NCBI GenBank assembly: GCA_964549935.1
Contig: CAZJVT010000001.1
Span: 219,922 to 283,921 of the forward strand
DNA length: 64,000 nucleotides
Source of the DNA: an uncultured Candidatus Saccharibacteria bacterium
Lineage (GTDB): Bacteria; Patescibacteriota; Minisyncoccia; UBA6257; 1-14-0-10-44-23
Direction of reading: 5' to 3'
Shown here in pieces: positions 10,001 through 17,694 of this stretch. How positions within the stretch are numbered: position 1 is the first letter of the stretch; each line of letters opens with the position of its first letter. The notes beneath the pieces were generated by a model. That model saw nothing but the letters and a program-made list of their open reading frames with translations, ran no database searches and was not told the DNA's origin. The position numbers were made by a program, and so were the translations under genes.

Positions 10001-10209
10001 ATAAGATGAAGACCGGTGAGATTGATTTCATCGAGCCTGATGAGAAAGGCAGGTATCACAAAGAGCAGTTTGTAATTGATGCCAAAGAGGTCGCCGAGCT
10101 GGAGCGGGAGATTAAGCGCGTTGCGGATGAGATCCTGGAGTTGAAGTTTTGGGATAAGGAGTGTGGCGAGAAAGATTGTAAATATTGCGAATTAAGAAGT
10201 TTTATATGA
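7069..10209 (+). CDS. UvrD/PcrA-like helicase fused to a C-terminal PD-(D/E)XK (RecB/Cas4-like) nuclease with a Cys cluster (AddA-like)
   Basis: Walker A AGPGTGKTQ and the UvrD motifs. C-terminal nuclease with a CGEKDCKYC cysteine cluster. The true start is probably the ATG at 7102-7123 (MNFAQEIKKLN). Confidence 0.85.
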   Translation: MIYFVHFVAGAMQSTMSPMNFAQEIKKLNQRQRQAVEAIEGPVMVVAGPGTGKTQILTLRIANILKTAQVEPENILAITFTESGVAAMRKRLAELIGSEAYGVVITTFHAFCNNIIREHPEGFPRIIGAKAMTEVEQFEILEQVITKSKLKILRPFGESLFYIKDIAKAVDELKRENVSPEEFAKIAKAGLKDAENDPEAYHEKGKFKGQLKGEAAREIKRAQKNVELAQVYDEYQAALTKQKRYDYTDMIMEVVRVLAVDRDLRFEIQETYQYVLVDEHQDTNNAQNKLLELIMSFHKDPNLFVVGDAKQAIYRFQGASLENFLYFKKLYPRAQLIELTDNYRSTQHILDAAASVTRADQIELTARAKLPKRDILVAALSGEPAEQYFIAKHISERLASGVSPHEIALLYRNNKDALAIATMLERLNIPFTIESAQNIFDDPEIKKLRTLLTAIAKFGNHEFLAVLLYADFLKIDPLDAHRVVAYATTANRKSQSAKRQNETIRRLSIYDIIKSPFLLKDAGVGNPESFLKLYENLSRWRSAAQYHSAAEVFENAVQESGFLGSILAKQNSVDILHKLNVFFDELKDLAEQRGELALREFVEYLDMLDEHELLIKRVPAAHRQIGRVRLMTAHASKGQEFDYVYIIGAVDGHWGNKRKIERLKLPRKVYSLVEREAGEELDDDRNLFYVALTRARKEVVISYAKAAASGKEQIVSEFVSDIKSELLEQISVEAYEQELVSKPQLVYQKPQAGQHRIKEKEFVRELFMERGLSVTHLNNYLECPWKYFFTNLIRIPEAKNKHMMYGSAVHEALETLFNSFDPVRSDGRQGPASNGARANSKKVLLDAFKAALKKQPFAKGEFDEALAKGEKALSGYFNQYSKSWRNKVLPEFDVPGVQFAKDIVLNGKIDKLEILDSRNNVNVVDYKTGKAPARHSYAQALAGEKSRVLNDSQRKAANYRRQLAFYSLLLSLYKKGKYKMKTGEIDFIEPDEKGRYHKEQFVIDAKEVAELEREIKRVADEILELKFWDKECGEKDCKYCELRSFI

Positions 10210-10679
10210 TCAAACGCGACACACGTACTGCGCTTATTTGGATAAATGATATTTTGGGAAACCATAATATACCTTTCGTAATCGATGGAGGTTTCGCTGC
10301 AAACTTGTACGGCGCAACACGTGAACTTGCGGATATTGATATTGTAATTCCTCGCGGGAGAACGCAGGAGATTTTTGAGGAAATTAAATCCCATAGTATT
10401 TTCGGCCCTGCGCAGTATCATGATGAGAATTGGGATTTATATCTAACCACGCTTCAATACCAAGGACAGGAGATAGATATCTGCGAGAACGAGACGACGA
10501 CGATTTTTGACCAGCAGACAAAAGAGTGGATTCCATTACGAATCGAACCGGCATCCGCGGTGCGTATAAAAGCTTTCGATTTGGACGTACTAGTAATCAA
10601 GAAAGAAGATTTGATTGCATATAAGAAAAAGCTTGCCCGCGAGGTTGACCTTGAGGACGTTAAGCAGCTAAGCTCATAG
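10206..10679 (+). CDS. Nucleotidyltransferase-fold protein, ANT(2'')-like
   Basis: IPFVIDGGFAANLYGATRELADIDIVIP matches the GGGWAID..R..DIDL..P core of ANT(2'')-Ia-type NTases. The ATGA start overlaps the upstream stop. Confidence 0.6.
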   Translation: MIKRDTRTALIWINDILGNHNIPFVIDGGFAANLYGATRELADIDIVIPRGRTQEIFEEIKSHSIFGPAQYHDENWDLYLTTLQYQGQEIDICENETTTIFDQQTKEWIPLRIEPASAVRIKAFDLDVLVIKKEDLIAYKKKLAREVDLEDVKQLSS

Positions 10680-10680
10680 C

Positions 10681-11238
10681 ATGAATCTCGTAACAATCTT
10701 CGGACCTCCGGCGGTTGGTAAAATGACCGTGGCGCAGGAACTCGCCAAAATCACCGACATCAAGGTGTTTCATAACCATATGACGATTGACCTGCTCACC
10801 AAATTCTTTGAGTTTGGTAGTGAGCCGTTTGCAAGATTAACGAAGCTTTTCCGGCACAACTTTATCGAAGAGGCGGCTAAGCATAATGTTGATATTGCCT
10901 TCTCGGTCGCCTGGGACTTCAAACATCCTCATGACACCGAAGAGATGAAGTTGATTAAGGCCTCGGTTGAAAAGCATGGCGGCACCGTTTCGTTTGTTGA
11001 GCTAACTGCGCCACTCGAGGTGCGGCTCGCGCGTAATAAGAGCGAAAATCGTTTAAAACACAAAGACCCGCACAACGTGCAGGCGATTGAGAAAAACATC
11101 GTGGAGTGGGAGACGAAGTACCAGCTTAACAGCAAGCCGGGGGAGTTTCCATTTCCGGAGCGCTATTTGCGTATTGATTTAGAAAGCATTTCCGCGGCGC
11201 AGGCAGCTAAGATGATTAAGGAGCAATTCAATCTCTAA
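10681..11238 (+). CDS. P-loop NTPase, small kinase-like (AAA_33/shikimate-kinase-like fold)
   Basis: Walker A IFGPPAVGKMT. 185 aa. No other recognisable domain. Confidence 0.5.
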   Translation: MNLVTIFGPPAVGKMTVAQELAKITDIKVFHNHMTIDLLTKFFEFGSEPFARLTKLFRHNFIEEAAKHNVDIAFSVAWDFKHPHDTEEMKLIKASVEKHGGTVSFVELTAPLEVRLARNKSENRLKHKDPHNVQAIEKNIVEWETKYQLNSKPGEFPFPERYLRIDLESISAAQAAKMIKEQFNL

Positions 11239-11280
11239 TCTCGTTGCACCATTCGCGCGAATGGTACAAACAAGCATTTT

Positions 11281-12525
11281 ATGGGAATTAATAAGAAGAA
11301 AGCTTTCCTTTGGTCGCTGTATGACTTTGCGAATTCGATAAGTACAGTAGTTTTCTTTCTCTATTTTTCGCAATGGCTAGTCGTTGAACACGGCGTAGCT
11401 GATTTTTGGTACAATATGATTTTTGTCGGGTCATCTATCTTGCTTGTTTTCACCTCGCCGATTGCCGGTGTTATCGCCGATAAAATCAATGCTCGGATGC
11501 CGTTTCTTATTTTTTCGACGTTTGGACAGTTTACGGCTTTAGCCGTAGCAGCTTTTCTTGCTTTAGCAGTTCCTGCGAGCTCGGTCACGATTCTATGGGC
11601 GGCGCTTGCATTTATGATTGGCAATTATCTCTATCAATTCTCGCTCACGTTTTACAATGCGCTTCTGACCGACATTGCAGCGCCGCAGCGACAAGGGACG
11701 CTTTCCGGTTGGGGGCAGTTTGCGAATTGGTCTGGCCAGGTGGTCGGCCTGCTCGCGGTGGCTGGTTTTGCATCGGGTGCTTGGTATTGGTTTGGTGCGC
11801 ATGGACGCGCGCAGACGCTACTCCCGGCAATCTTACTGATGATCTTGCTGGCTCTGCCGATGCTACTTTGGTTTAAAGAGTCATCGCAGCGATATACAGC
11901 CGAAATTTCTGTTATTAAAGAATATCGAGGTTTTTTGCGCGGGCTCAAGGAGCTTTGTGCAATTCCGGGAGTCGGCAGATATCTGCTGGCATTTTTCTTA
12001 TTTAATGATGCACTGCTCACGGCAACAAATAATTTTCCGATTTATTTACAGCAGGTTTTTCATGTTAGCGATAAAACCAAATCACTTTTACTTGTCGGTA
12101 TTTTAGTGATGTCAGCTCTTGGTGGGCTTGCCGGTGGATGGATTGCGGATAAAGTTGGGCTGAAAAAGACACTGCTGGTTATTCTCGCGTCTTGGATAAC
12201 AGTTTTTGCCGCAATGGCGGCAATCACTAATTTTTCGTGGTTCGTTGCTGCGGCAATCATGCTTGGTATTTTGTACGGCGCGACCTGGGCAGTAACGAGG
12301 GCGGTAATGGCCTCATTGGTACCGCACGAAAAGCTAAATCACGCTTTCAGCTACTACGCGCTCGCCGAACGATTTTCAACTTTTTTAAGTCCGCTCACGT
12401 GGGGGATTATTGTCTCGGGCTTCGTGTATCTCGGTCCGCTACGCTACCATCTCGCGATGCTTGTTATGACAGGATTTATTCTTTTAGGTTTTGCCGTCGT
12501 ACGAAAAATTCCATTGGCGCGGTAA
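11281..12525 (+). CDS. MFS transporter
   Basis: 414 aa with about 12 predicted TM helices and the typical MFS loop motifs. Confidence 0.75.
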   Translation: MGINKKKAFLWSLYDFANSISTVVFFLYFSQWLVVEHGVADFWYNMIFVGSSILLVFTSPIAGVIADKINARMPFLIFSTFGQFTALAVAAFLALAVPASSVTILWAALAFMIGNYLYQFSLTFYNALLTDIAAPQRQGTLSGWGQFANWSGQVVGLLAVAGFASGAWYWFGAHGRAQTLLPAILLMILLALPMLLWFKESSQRYTAEISVIKEYRGFLRGLKELCAIPGVGRYLLAFFLFNDALLTATNNFPIYLQQVFHVSDKTKSLLLVGILVMSALGGLAGGWIADKVGLKKTLLVILASWITVFAAMAAITNFSWFVAAAIMLGILYGATWAVTRAVMASLVPHEKLNHAFSYYALAERFSTFLSPLTWGIIVSGFVYLGPLRYHLAMLVMTGFILLGFAVVRKIPLAR

Positions 12526-12578
12526 TTTTATATTGACGATTTTAGTTGGGAGAGTAGTATGTGGCTAAAGGAGGGGTC

Positions 12579-12887
12579 ATGAAGAAATCATGGAAGCCAC
12601 GTCTTGGCTTTGCAGTTTGCGGCGGGCTTTTCATCGCCGCCATCTACAGCCTCATCGTCTGCTTCACTGATGACGAGAGGTTCCCAGCATCCGAGTTCTC
12701 GGGTCTCGCGGTCGCCAGGATGTTCCTGGCGGGAGGCCTTCTGACGGTCATCATCGATCTCCTAGTGTCTAGCACAGACGAGGATGACAAAGGCGATCGC
12801 GATGACGACGATCCGCCGTCTCCTAAGCGTTCGCCGCTCCGAACCGGTACCCGGTCTCGGGGCGGTTCGCACTTTGAGAAAGTTTAG
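12579..12887 (+). CDS. Small two-TM protein with an acidic tail (hypothetical, high GC)
   Basis: AAGGAGG SD 6 nt before the ATG at 12579. GC about 58%. DEDDKGDRDDDD tail. Confidence 0.4.
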   Translation: MKKSWKPRLGFAVCGGLFIAAIYSLIVCFTDDERFPASEFSGLAVARMFLAGGLLTVIIDLLVSSTDEDDKGDRDDDDPPSPKRSPLRTGTRSRGGSHFEKV

Positions 12888-12924
12888 TATGTGATTCGGA
12901 GGCTAATCCTCTGTTATACTTGAA

Positions 12925-15000
12925 TTGATGCTCCAAAAACGAGGTTTTACGCTGATCGAACTGCTTATTGTTATCGGCATCTTAGCGGTGCTGGCTACGG
13001 TTACCGTTCTTGTATTAAATCCAGCTGAGCTTTTTCGGCAGGCTCGCGATTCGCAGCGCCTGTCGGATATTGCTGTTTTGCAGCGGGTTTATGAATATTC
13101 ACAATTCGCGGGTTCTTCAGACAAGGACGGCCCCAATTTTCCGGATGATTCTTGTGTTACCGAGGCGAACCCTCGCATTTTCGTTTCTGTGCCGAGCGAC
13201 AACGGTGAGGTCACGCCGACACCGCCGTCCGGCTGGACCTATAACCGAGTTGCCAGTGTCAGCCTAAGAAAAACCGACGGTAACGGGTGGCTTCCGATTG
13301 ATTTGGCAGCTGCGGCTAGTGCGCTTGGCGGTTCATTTATCTCGCAGTTGCCGGTTGATCCGGTGAATACCTTTGCGAACGGTTTGTATTATTCATACAT
13401 CTGCGGGTCGTTTGAATTTAATGCAAAACTGGAATCTGCAAAGTTCCTCGCGCGGATGTCGGATGATTTAGGAGATGACACCGGATTGATTGAGGTCGGC
13501 GATGATTTGAGGATTTCTCCTGCGCGCCCTACGTCTGTTCAAAATCCCGAATCGCCGCCGGCAGCACCGCCGACAATCGCCGGGATTTCTCCGTCGAGCG
13601 CCGCGAACGATGGCGTGGTGAGCATCACTTCGATCACCGGAACCAATTTTGTTTCCGGGGCAACTGTCACGCTCGTAAAGAGCGGGCAGTCAACGATTGC
13701 CGGGTCCGGATTTACGGTAAGTAGCGGCACTTCAATAACCGGCGGTTCATTTAATATTAGTGGTGCGGTGGCCGGCGGATGGAATGTCGTGGTAACGAAT
13801 CTGGACAGTCAGTCGGCATCATTGAGCTCCGGCTTTACCGTCACGGCAGCCGGTCCGGTTGTGTTGCCAGCCCCGACGGTTTCGAGTATGAGTCCTACGA
13901 GCGTGGTTAATAATGCTGCTCTTTCACTCACCTCAATTACCGGCACGAACTTCGTTTCCGGGGCGACCGTGAAGTTGACGAAGTCCGGTCAGAGCGATAT
14001 TACCTGTACTAGCGTCAACTTCAGCAGCGCGACCGTGCTCACCGGTGGCTCTTGCAACACCGTCGGTGCTTCCGCGGGGACGTGGAGCCTGGTTGTGATG
14101 AATCCGGATGCGCAGACTGGCACGCTCACAAACGGATTCACAGTGACTGCCGCTCCGTCCGCGCCTACGGTAACTGCGCTTGGTGTTACGACCGGCGTTA
14201 ACAACGCTTCAGTCGCCATCACGCCGATTACCGGAACTGACTTCGCCACGAGTGGCGGCGTAACGGTTCAACTTGTCAAATCCGGCGAAAGCTCCATTAG
14301 TGCAACGAGCTGTTCGGTCAGTAATTCGACCTCGATAGTCAGTTGTTCCTTTGCTATCAGCGGTGCGGCAACCGGCGTGTGGAGCATCACGGTTACCAAT
14401 ACGACGAGCGGTTTGTCGGGTACCGGCGGTACTTTTACGGTAACCGCCCCGGTCGCGAGTTCATACGCTTCATGCAAAGCGATTAAGGACGCCCTCCCGG
14501 CGTCGACAGATGGCACCTACTCTATTAAGCCGACCGCTGCCGCCGCGTTTAGTGTGTATTGCGATATGAGCAATGGAGGATGGACGCGTATTATGACGCT
14601 TCATGATAAAGGCTCGATCACAGATAATATGCTGGGCATGGGTATCACTTTTAATAGATTCTGGGCGGTTAATGCCACTGATCATAGCTATGTGGGAAAC
14701 ATGCTTGCTACCTTTAGCGCTCTACAGTCCGCCGATCAAGGTTTGAACGCGGCTGCGAATGAGGCAGACAGAAAGGTGATGTTGATGGGGCCGGGAGCTT
14801 ATGGAGTTTGGAGAAAAGTGAGCGGTCCTGAGCCGTTTATCTGCAATTGGGGAACGGTAGAGATGATGGGTGCCGGGTATACCGATGCTGAAGGATGTGG
14901 TGACTACAATAACCTTACTGTTGGATATGATGATAGTTTGGGTTCAGGATGGAATCTTAACCATCGATTTGATGTAGAACTCTATGTCATGACGCAGTAA
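12925..15000 (+). CDS. Type IV pilin/pseudopilin with four IPT/TIG-like Ig repeats and a C-terminal fibrinogen-related-domain-like module
   Basis: Prepilin motif KRGFTLIELLIVIGILAVLA. Four repeats of about 90 aa (P..ISPSS..G..SITGTNFVSGATV.L.KSGQS). C-terminal CKAIKD..GTYSIKP..FSVYCDMSNGGWT matches the FReD A-subdomain signature. Confidence 0.7.
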   Translation: MMLQKRGFTLIELLIVIGILAVLATVTVLVLNPAELFRQARDSQRLSDIAVLQRVYEYSQFAGSSDKDGPNFPDDSCVTEANPRIFVSVPSDNGEVTPTPPSGWTYNRVASVSLRKTDGNGWLPIDLAAAASALGGSFISQLPVDPVNTFANGLYYSYICGSFEFNAKLESAKFLARMSDDLGDDTGLIEVGDDLRISPARPTSVQNPESPPAAPPTIAGISPSSAANDGVVSITSITGTNFVSGATVTLVKSGQSTIAGSGFTVSSGTSITGGSFNISGAVAGGWNVVVTNLDSQSASLSSGFTVTAAGPVVLPAPTVSSMSPTSVVNNAALSLTSITGTNFVSGATVKLTKSGQSDITCTSVNFSSATVLTGGSCNTVGASAGTWSLVVMNPDAQTGTLTNGFTVTAAPSAPTVTALGVTTGVNNASVAITPITGTDFATSGGVTVQLVKSGESSISATSCSVSNSTSIVSCSFAISGAATGVWSITVTNTTSGLSGTGGTFTVTAPVASSYASCKAIKDALPASTDGTYSIKPTAAAAFSVYCDMSNGGWTRIMTLHDKGSITDNMLGMGITFNRFWAVNATDHSYVGNMLATFSALQSADQGLNAAANEADRKVMLMGPGAYGVWRKVSGPEPFICNWGTVEMMGAGYTDAEGCGDYNNLTVGYDDSLGSGWNLNHRFDVELYVMTQ

Positions 15001-15038
15001 GCGCGCTTATCGCAGCTCCTTATTCTCTTATCTTACGT

Positions 15039-16157
15039 ATGCGCATAGTATTACATATTGATATGGATGCTTTCTTCGCTAGTGTCGAGGAGCGGGACCA
15101 CCCGCGTATTAAAGGTATGCCAATTGTGGTCGGCTCTGATCCGGCAAACGGCAAAGGCCGCGGTGTCGTCTCGACTGCAAACTATGCTGCACGTCAGTAC
15201 GGTATTAAAAGTGCAGTGCCGATTTCTCGCGCCTGGGACTTAAGTCAGCAGGCGAAGAAGGAAGGAAAGCCGGAGGTGGTTTTCTTTGAGCCGAATATTA
15301 AAAAATACGCCGGGATTTCGCACGAGATTTTTAGTTACATCGCGACCCGGGGTGAGGTTTTCCAGCCCGCCTCGATTGATGAGTGTTATTTGGAACTGCA
15401 AAGCGTAAATCGTAAAGCGCAAAGCGTTGATGAGGAATGGAGAAGGGCGGAGAAAATCGCTAAAGAAATACAAGAGCATGTTACTGAAAAATTCCAGTTA
15501 AGCTGTTCAATTGGTATCGGGCCAAACAAGTTGATTGCAAAGATTGCCGCCGGCCGCCAGAAGCCGCACGGGCTTACCGTGGTTCGGGTAAAAGAGGTGC
15601 AGGCCTTTTTGGATCCGCTCTCGGTGCGCGAGTTGCTTGGTATTGGGCCAAAGACCGGGGCCGGCCTCAAAGAGATCGGAGTAGAGACGATTAAACAGCT
15701 ACGGCAAAAAACTCAAAACGAGCTCGTCGAGCACTTTGGACCGAAACATGGTGTGCACATGTATGAATCCGCGTGCGGCATTGACGACAGCGTGCTTGAG
15801 ACTGATCGCGAGGCGAAGTCTATTGGCAGCGAGACGACGTTTGATAAAGACACGTTAGACGCCACAAAAATCCTGGCGGTCTTTAAAGAGCTCGCAGCAG
15901 AGGTGGCGAGGTCGGTCAAAAAAGACAAGAAGTTATTCAAAACAGTGGCGATTGTCGTAAGGTTTTCGGACTTCGAGACCAAGACGCGCTCGCATACGAT
16001 TGATGAACCGAGTGATGATAAAAAGGTCCTCGAGGCCGAGGCCCTGCAGCTACTGATGCCGTTTTTGGATAGTCGTGAGAATCCGAAGCGAAAGAAGATA
16101 CGATTGGTTGGGGTGCGGGCGGAAAAATTGCAGAGCACAGCGGGCAGGTTATTTTAG
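15039..16157 (+). CDS. dinB: DNA polymerase IV (Y-family)
   Basis: MRIVLHIDMDAFFASVEERD..IKGMPIVVG, the SIDECYLEL motif and the C-terminal little-finger region. Confidence 0.85.
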   Translation: MRIVLHIDMDAFFASVEERDHPRIKGMPIVVGSDPANGKGRGVVSTANYAARQYGIKSAVPISRAWDLSQQAKKEGKPEVVFFEPNIKKYAGISHEIFSYIATRGEVFQPASIDECYLELQSVNRKAQSVDEEWRRAEKIAKEIQEHVTEKFQLSCSIGIGPNKLIAKIAAGRQKPHGLTVVRVKEVQAFLDPLSVRELLGIGPKTGAGLKEIGVETIKQLRQKTQNELVEHFGPKHGVHMYESACGIDDSVLETDREAKSIGSETTFDKDTLDATKILAVFKELAAEVARSVKKDKKLFKTVAIVVRFSDFETKTRSHTIDEPSDDKKVLEAEALQLLMPFLDSRENPKRKKIRLVGVRAEKLQSTAGRLF

Positions 16158-16170
16158 TTTTTCGTTTACT

Positions 16171-16212
16171 TACTCCTATGCTTAGAGGACGGCCGTCTCC
16201 TAAGCATAGGAG
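16171..16212 (+). terminator. Long palindromic hairpin after dinB
   Basis: ACTCCTATGCTTAGAGG-ACGGCCGT-CTCCTAAGCATAGGAGT: 14-bp perfect outer stem around an ACGGCCGT centre. Confidence 0.5.
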
Positions 16213-16326
16213 TTAAGACCGTGTGTATTAGTTTGAATGCGGAAAAGTGGGCGTAGCAGGAAGATATTTTGCTAGCACTTTACTTTGCTAAAGTGCTACG
16301 GAGCTATGTAAAAACGAATCCGCGCG

Positions 16327-16602
16327 GTTCGCCGGTGAGGGCGACCCGCGCGGTGAAGCGAACGTGATGGTGTTTTTCTGCGTACAGCGACCCGTCGGCA
16401 TTGCGAAGAGGCCTACGGGCACCCAAAGCTTCGGCATCAGGTTAAGCATTTCATGATCGCGTAAGCGATCGCCTTAGCTATTGGTCTGGGCGCTCTACTC
16501 TGTCACCCTCTCAGCGAATGTGTGGCACGTGGCCACGCGGTAGGAGACCGAAGTACCCTTTCCGACTCTTCGCTTTTCCGCCACCATCACGTGAAGGACG
16601 CG
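16327..16602 (-). ncRNA. Candidate structured ncRNA of unknown class (promoter to terminator, no ORF)
   Basis: Minus-strand TTGACT-N18-TATGAT promoter (plus 16607-16636). A 12-bp 5'/3' closing helix CACGUGAUGGUG/CACCAUCACGUG. Internal hairpins. Intrinsic terminator (plus 16327-16372). No ORF of 60 aa or more in any frame. Confidence 0.35.
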
Positions 16603-16811
16603 CCCATCATAGCTCTTCGCTGCTTTTCTAGTCAAGTTTCTTTTTGGTGCTTACTGGTTTATAGTTAGGGAGTTAGTACCCCACAGAGATCGGCGAGTAG
16701 CGCACCTGCCTACCGGCAGGCAGGTCTCATGGGGTGAAAACTTGAGTGACCCACGCCTTTGGCGGGGTGCTCAAAATTATATCTACTCAAGTTCTCGTAA
16801 ATAATTTTGGC

Positions 16812-17654
16812 ATGTCTAAGTACTACAACCCGCAAAAAGGTTCCGCCTACTGCTTTGATCCAAAATCGACGCAGCCGTTTCGGTTGAGTCGCAGTAAGAT
16901 TGATTTGTTTTTGGAGTGCCAGCGCTGCTTTTATATCGACCGACGCGTGGGTATCGGTCGTCCGCCGGGTTTTCCGTTTTCCTTAAACTCCGCCGTTGAC
17001 ACACTGCTTAAAAAAGAGTTTGACGGTCACCGCGCCGCCGGTACACCGCATCCGTTTATGAAGGCCTACGGGCTCGATGCGATTCCATTTGCGCACGAAC
17101 GTATGGACGAGTGGCGTGATTCACTGCGTCGCGGAGTAACGTACGTTGACCCAAAAACAAACTTCAATGTAACCGGAGGCGTGGACGACCTTTGGGTAAA
17201 TCAGGCCGGAGAATTAATCATTGTTGATTATAAGGCGACGGCGAAGACCGGCGAGGTCAGTCTGGATGCGGAGTGGCAGGATGGCTACAAGCGCCAGATG
17301 GAAACCTATCAGTGGCTGTTTCGTAAAAATGGGTTTAAAGTTTCTCCGACCGGTTACTTTGTCTACGCTAATGGCGACTTAGATGCCGAGGCATTTGATG
17401 GCAAGCTGGAGTTTAAGGTTAAGTTGATTCCATACGAAGGCGACACAGCCTGGGTTGAGCCGACGCTTATTAAGGCAAAGGCCTGTTTGATGAGTGACGA
17501 GATCCCGCTGGCGCATGAGGAGTGCGATTACTGTCGCTACCGGTTTGCTGTCACTCGCGCGGAAGGGAAGGGCAATGAGACTGCGAGCATAAAAGCAGCA
17601 GGAAAGAAACCTAAGCCAAAGGCAGAGAAGCCGAAGACAATAGGGCTCTTTTAA
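16812..17654 (+). CDS. PD-(D/E)XK nuclease with a 4-Cys cluster (Cas4/RecB-like, standalone)
   Basis: N-terminal CQRCFY plus C-terminal CDYCRY cysteines and a central IIVDYKAT (D..K) motif. Start taken at MSKYYNPQ rather than the upstream TTG. Confidence 0.6.
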   Translation: MSKYYNPQKGSAYCFDPKSTQPFRLSRSKIDLFLECQRCFYIDRRVGIGRPPGFPFSLNSAVDTLLKKEFDGHRAAGTPHPFMKAYGLDAIPFAHERMDEWRDSLRRGVTYVDPKTNFNVTGGVDDLWVNQAGELIIVDYKATAKTGEVSLDAEWQDGYKRQMETYQWLFRKNGFKVSPTGYFVYANGDLDAEAFDGKLEFKVKLIPYEGDTAWVEPTLIKAKACLMSDEIPLAHEECDYCRYRFAVTRAEGKGNETASIKAAGKKPKPKAEKPKTIGLF

Positions 17655-17666
17655 GATGACGGAAAA

Positions 17667-17684
17667 TATATCATATATGATATA
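17667..17684. promoter_or_regulatory. 18-bp perfect palindrome TATATCATATATGATATA, copy 2
   Basis: Identical to the copy at 7059. Ends 10 nt before the HAD gene ATG. Confidence 0.45.
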
Positions 17685-17694
17685 TTTTTAGGCA

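Noticed and set aside
16731-16790. tmRNA-like 5' end GGGGUGAAAACUUGAGUGAC just upstream of the Cas4-like gene
   Set aside because: It runs into a convincing protein-coding start (MSKYYNPQ...). No tRNA-like T-arm (GGUUCRANUCC) or CCA-proximal acceptor partner could be found on either strand, and no tag-peptide reading frame ends in a stop.
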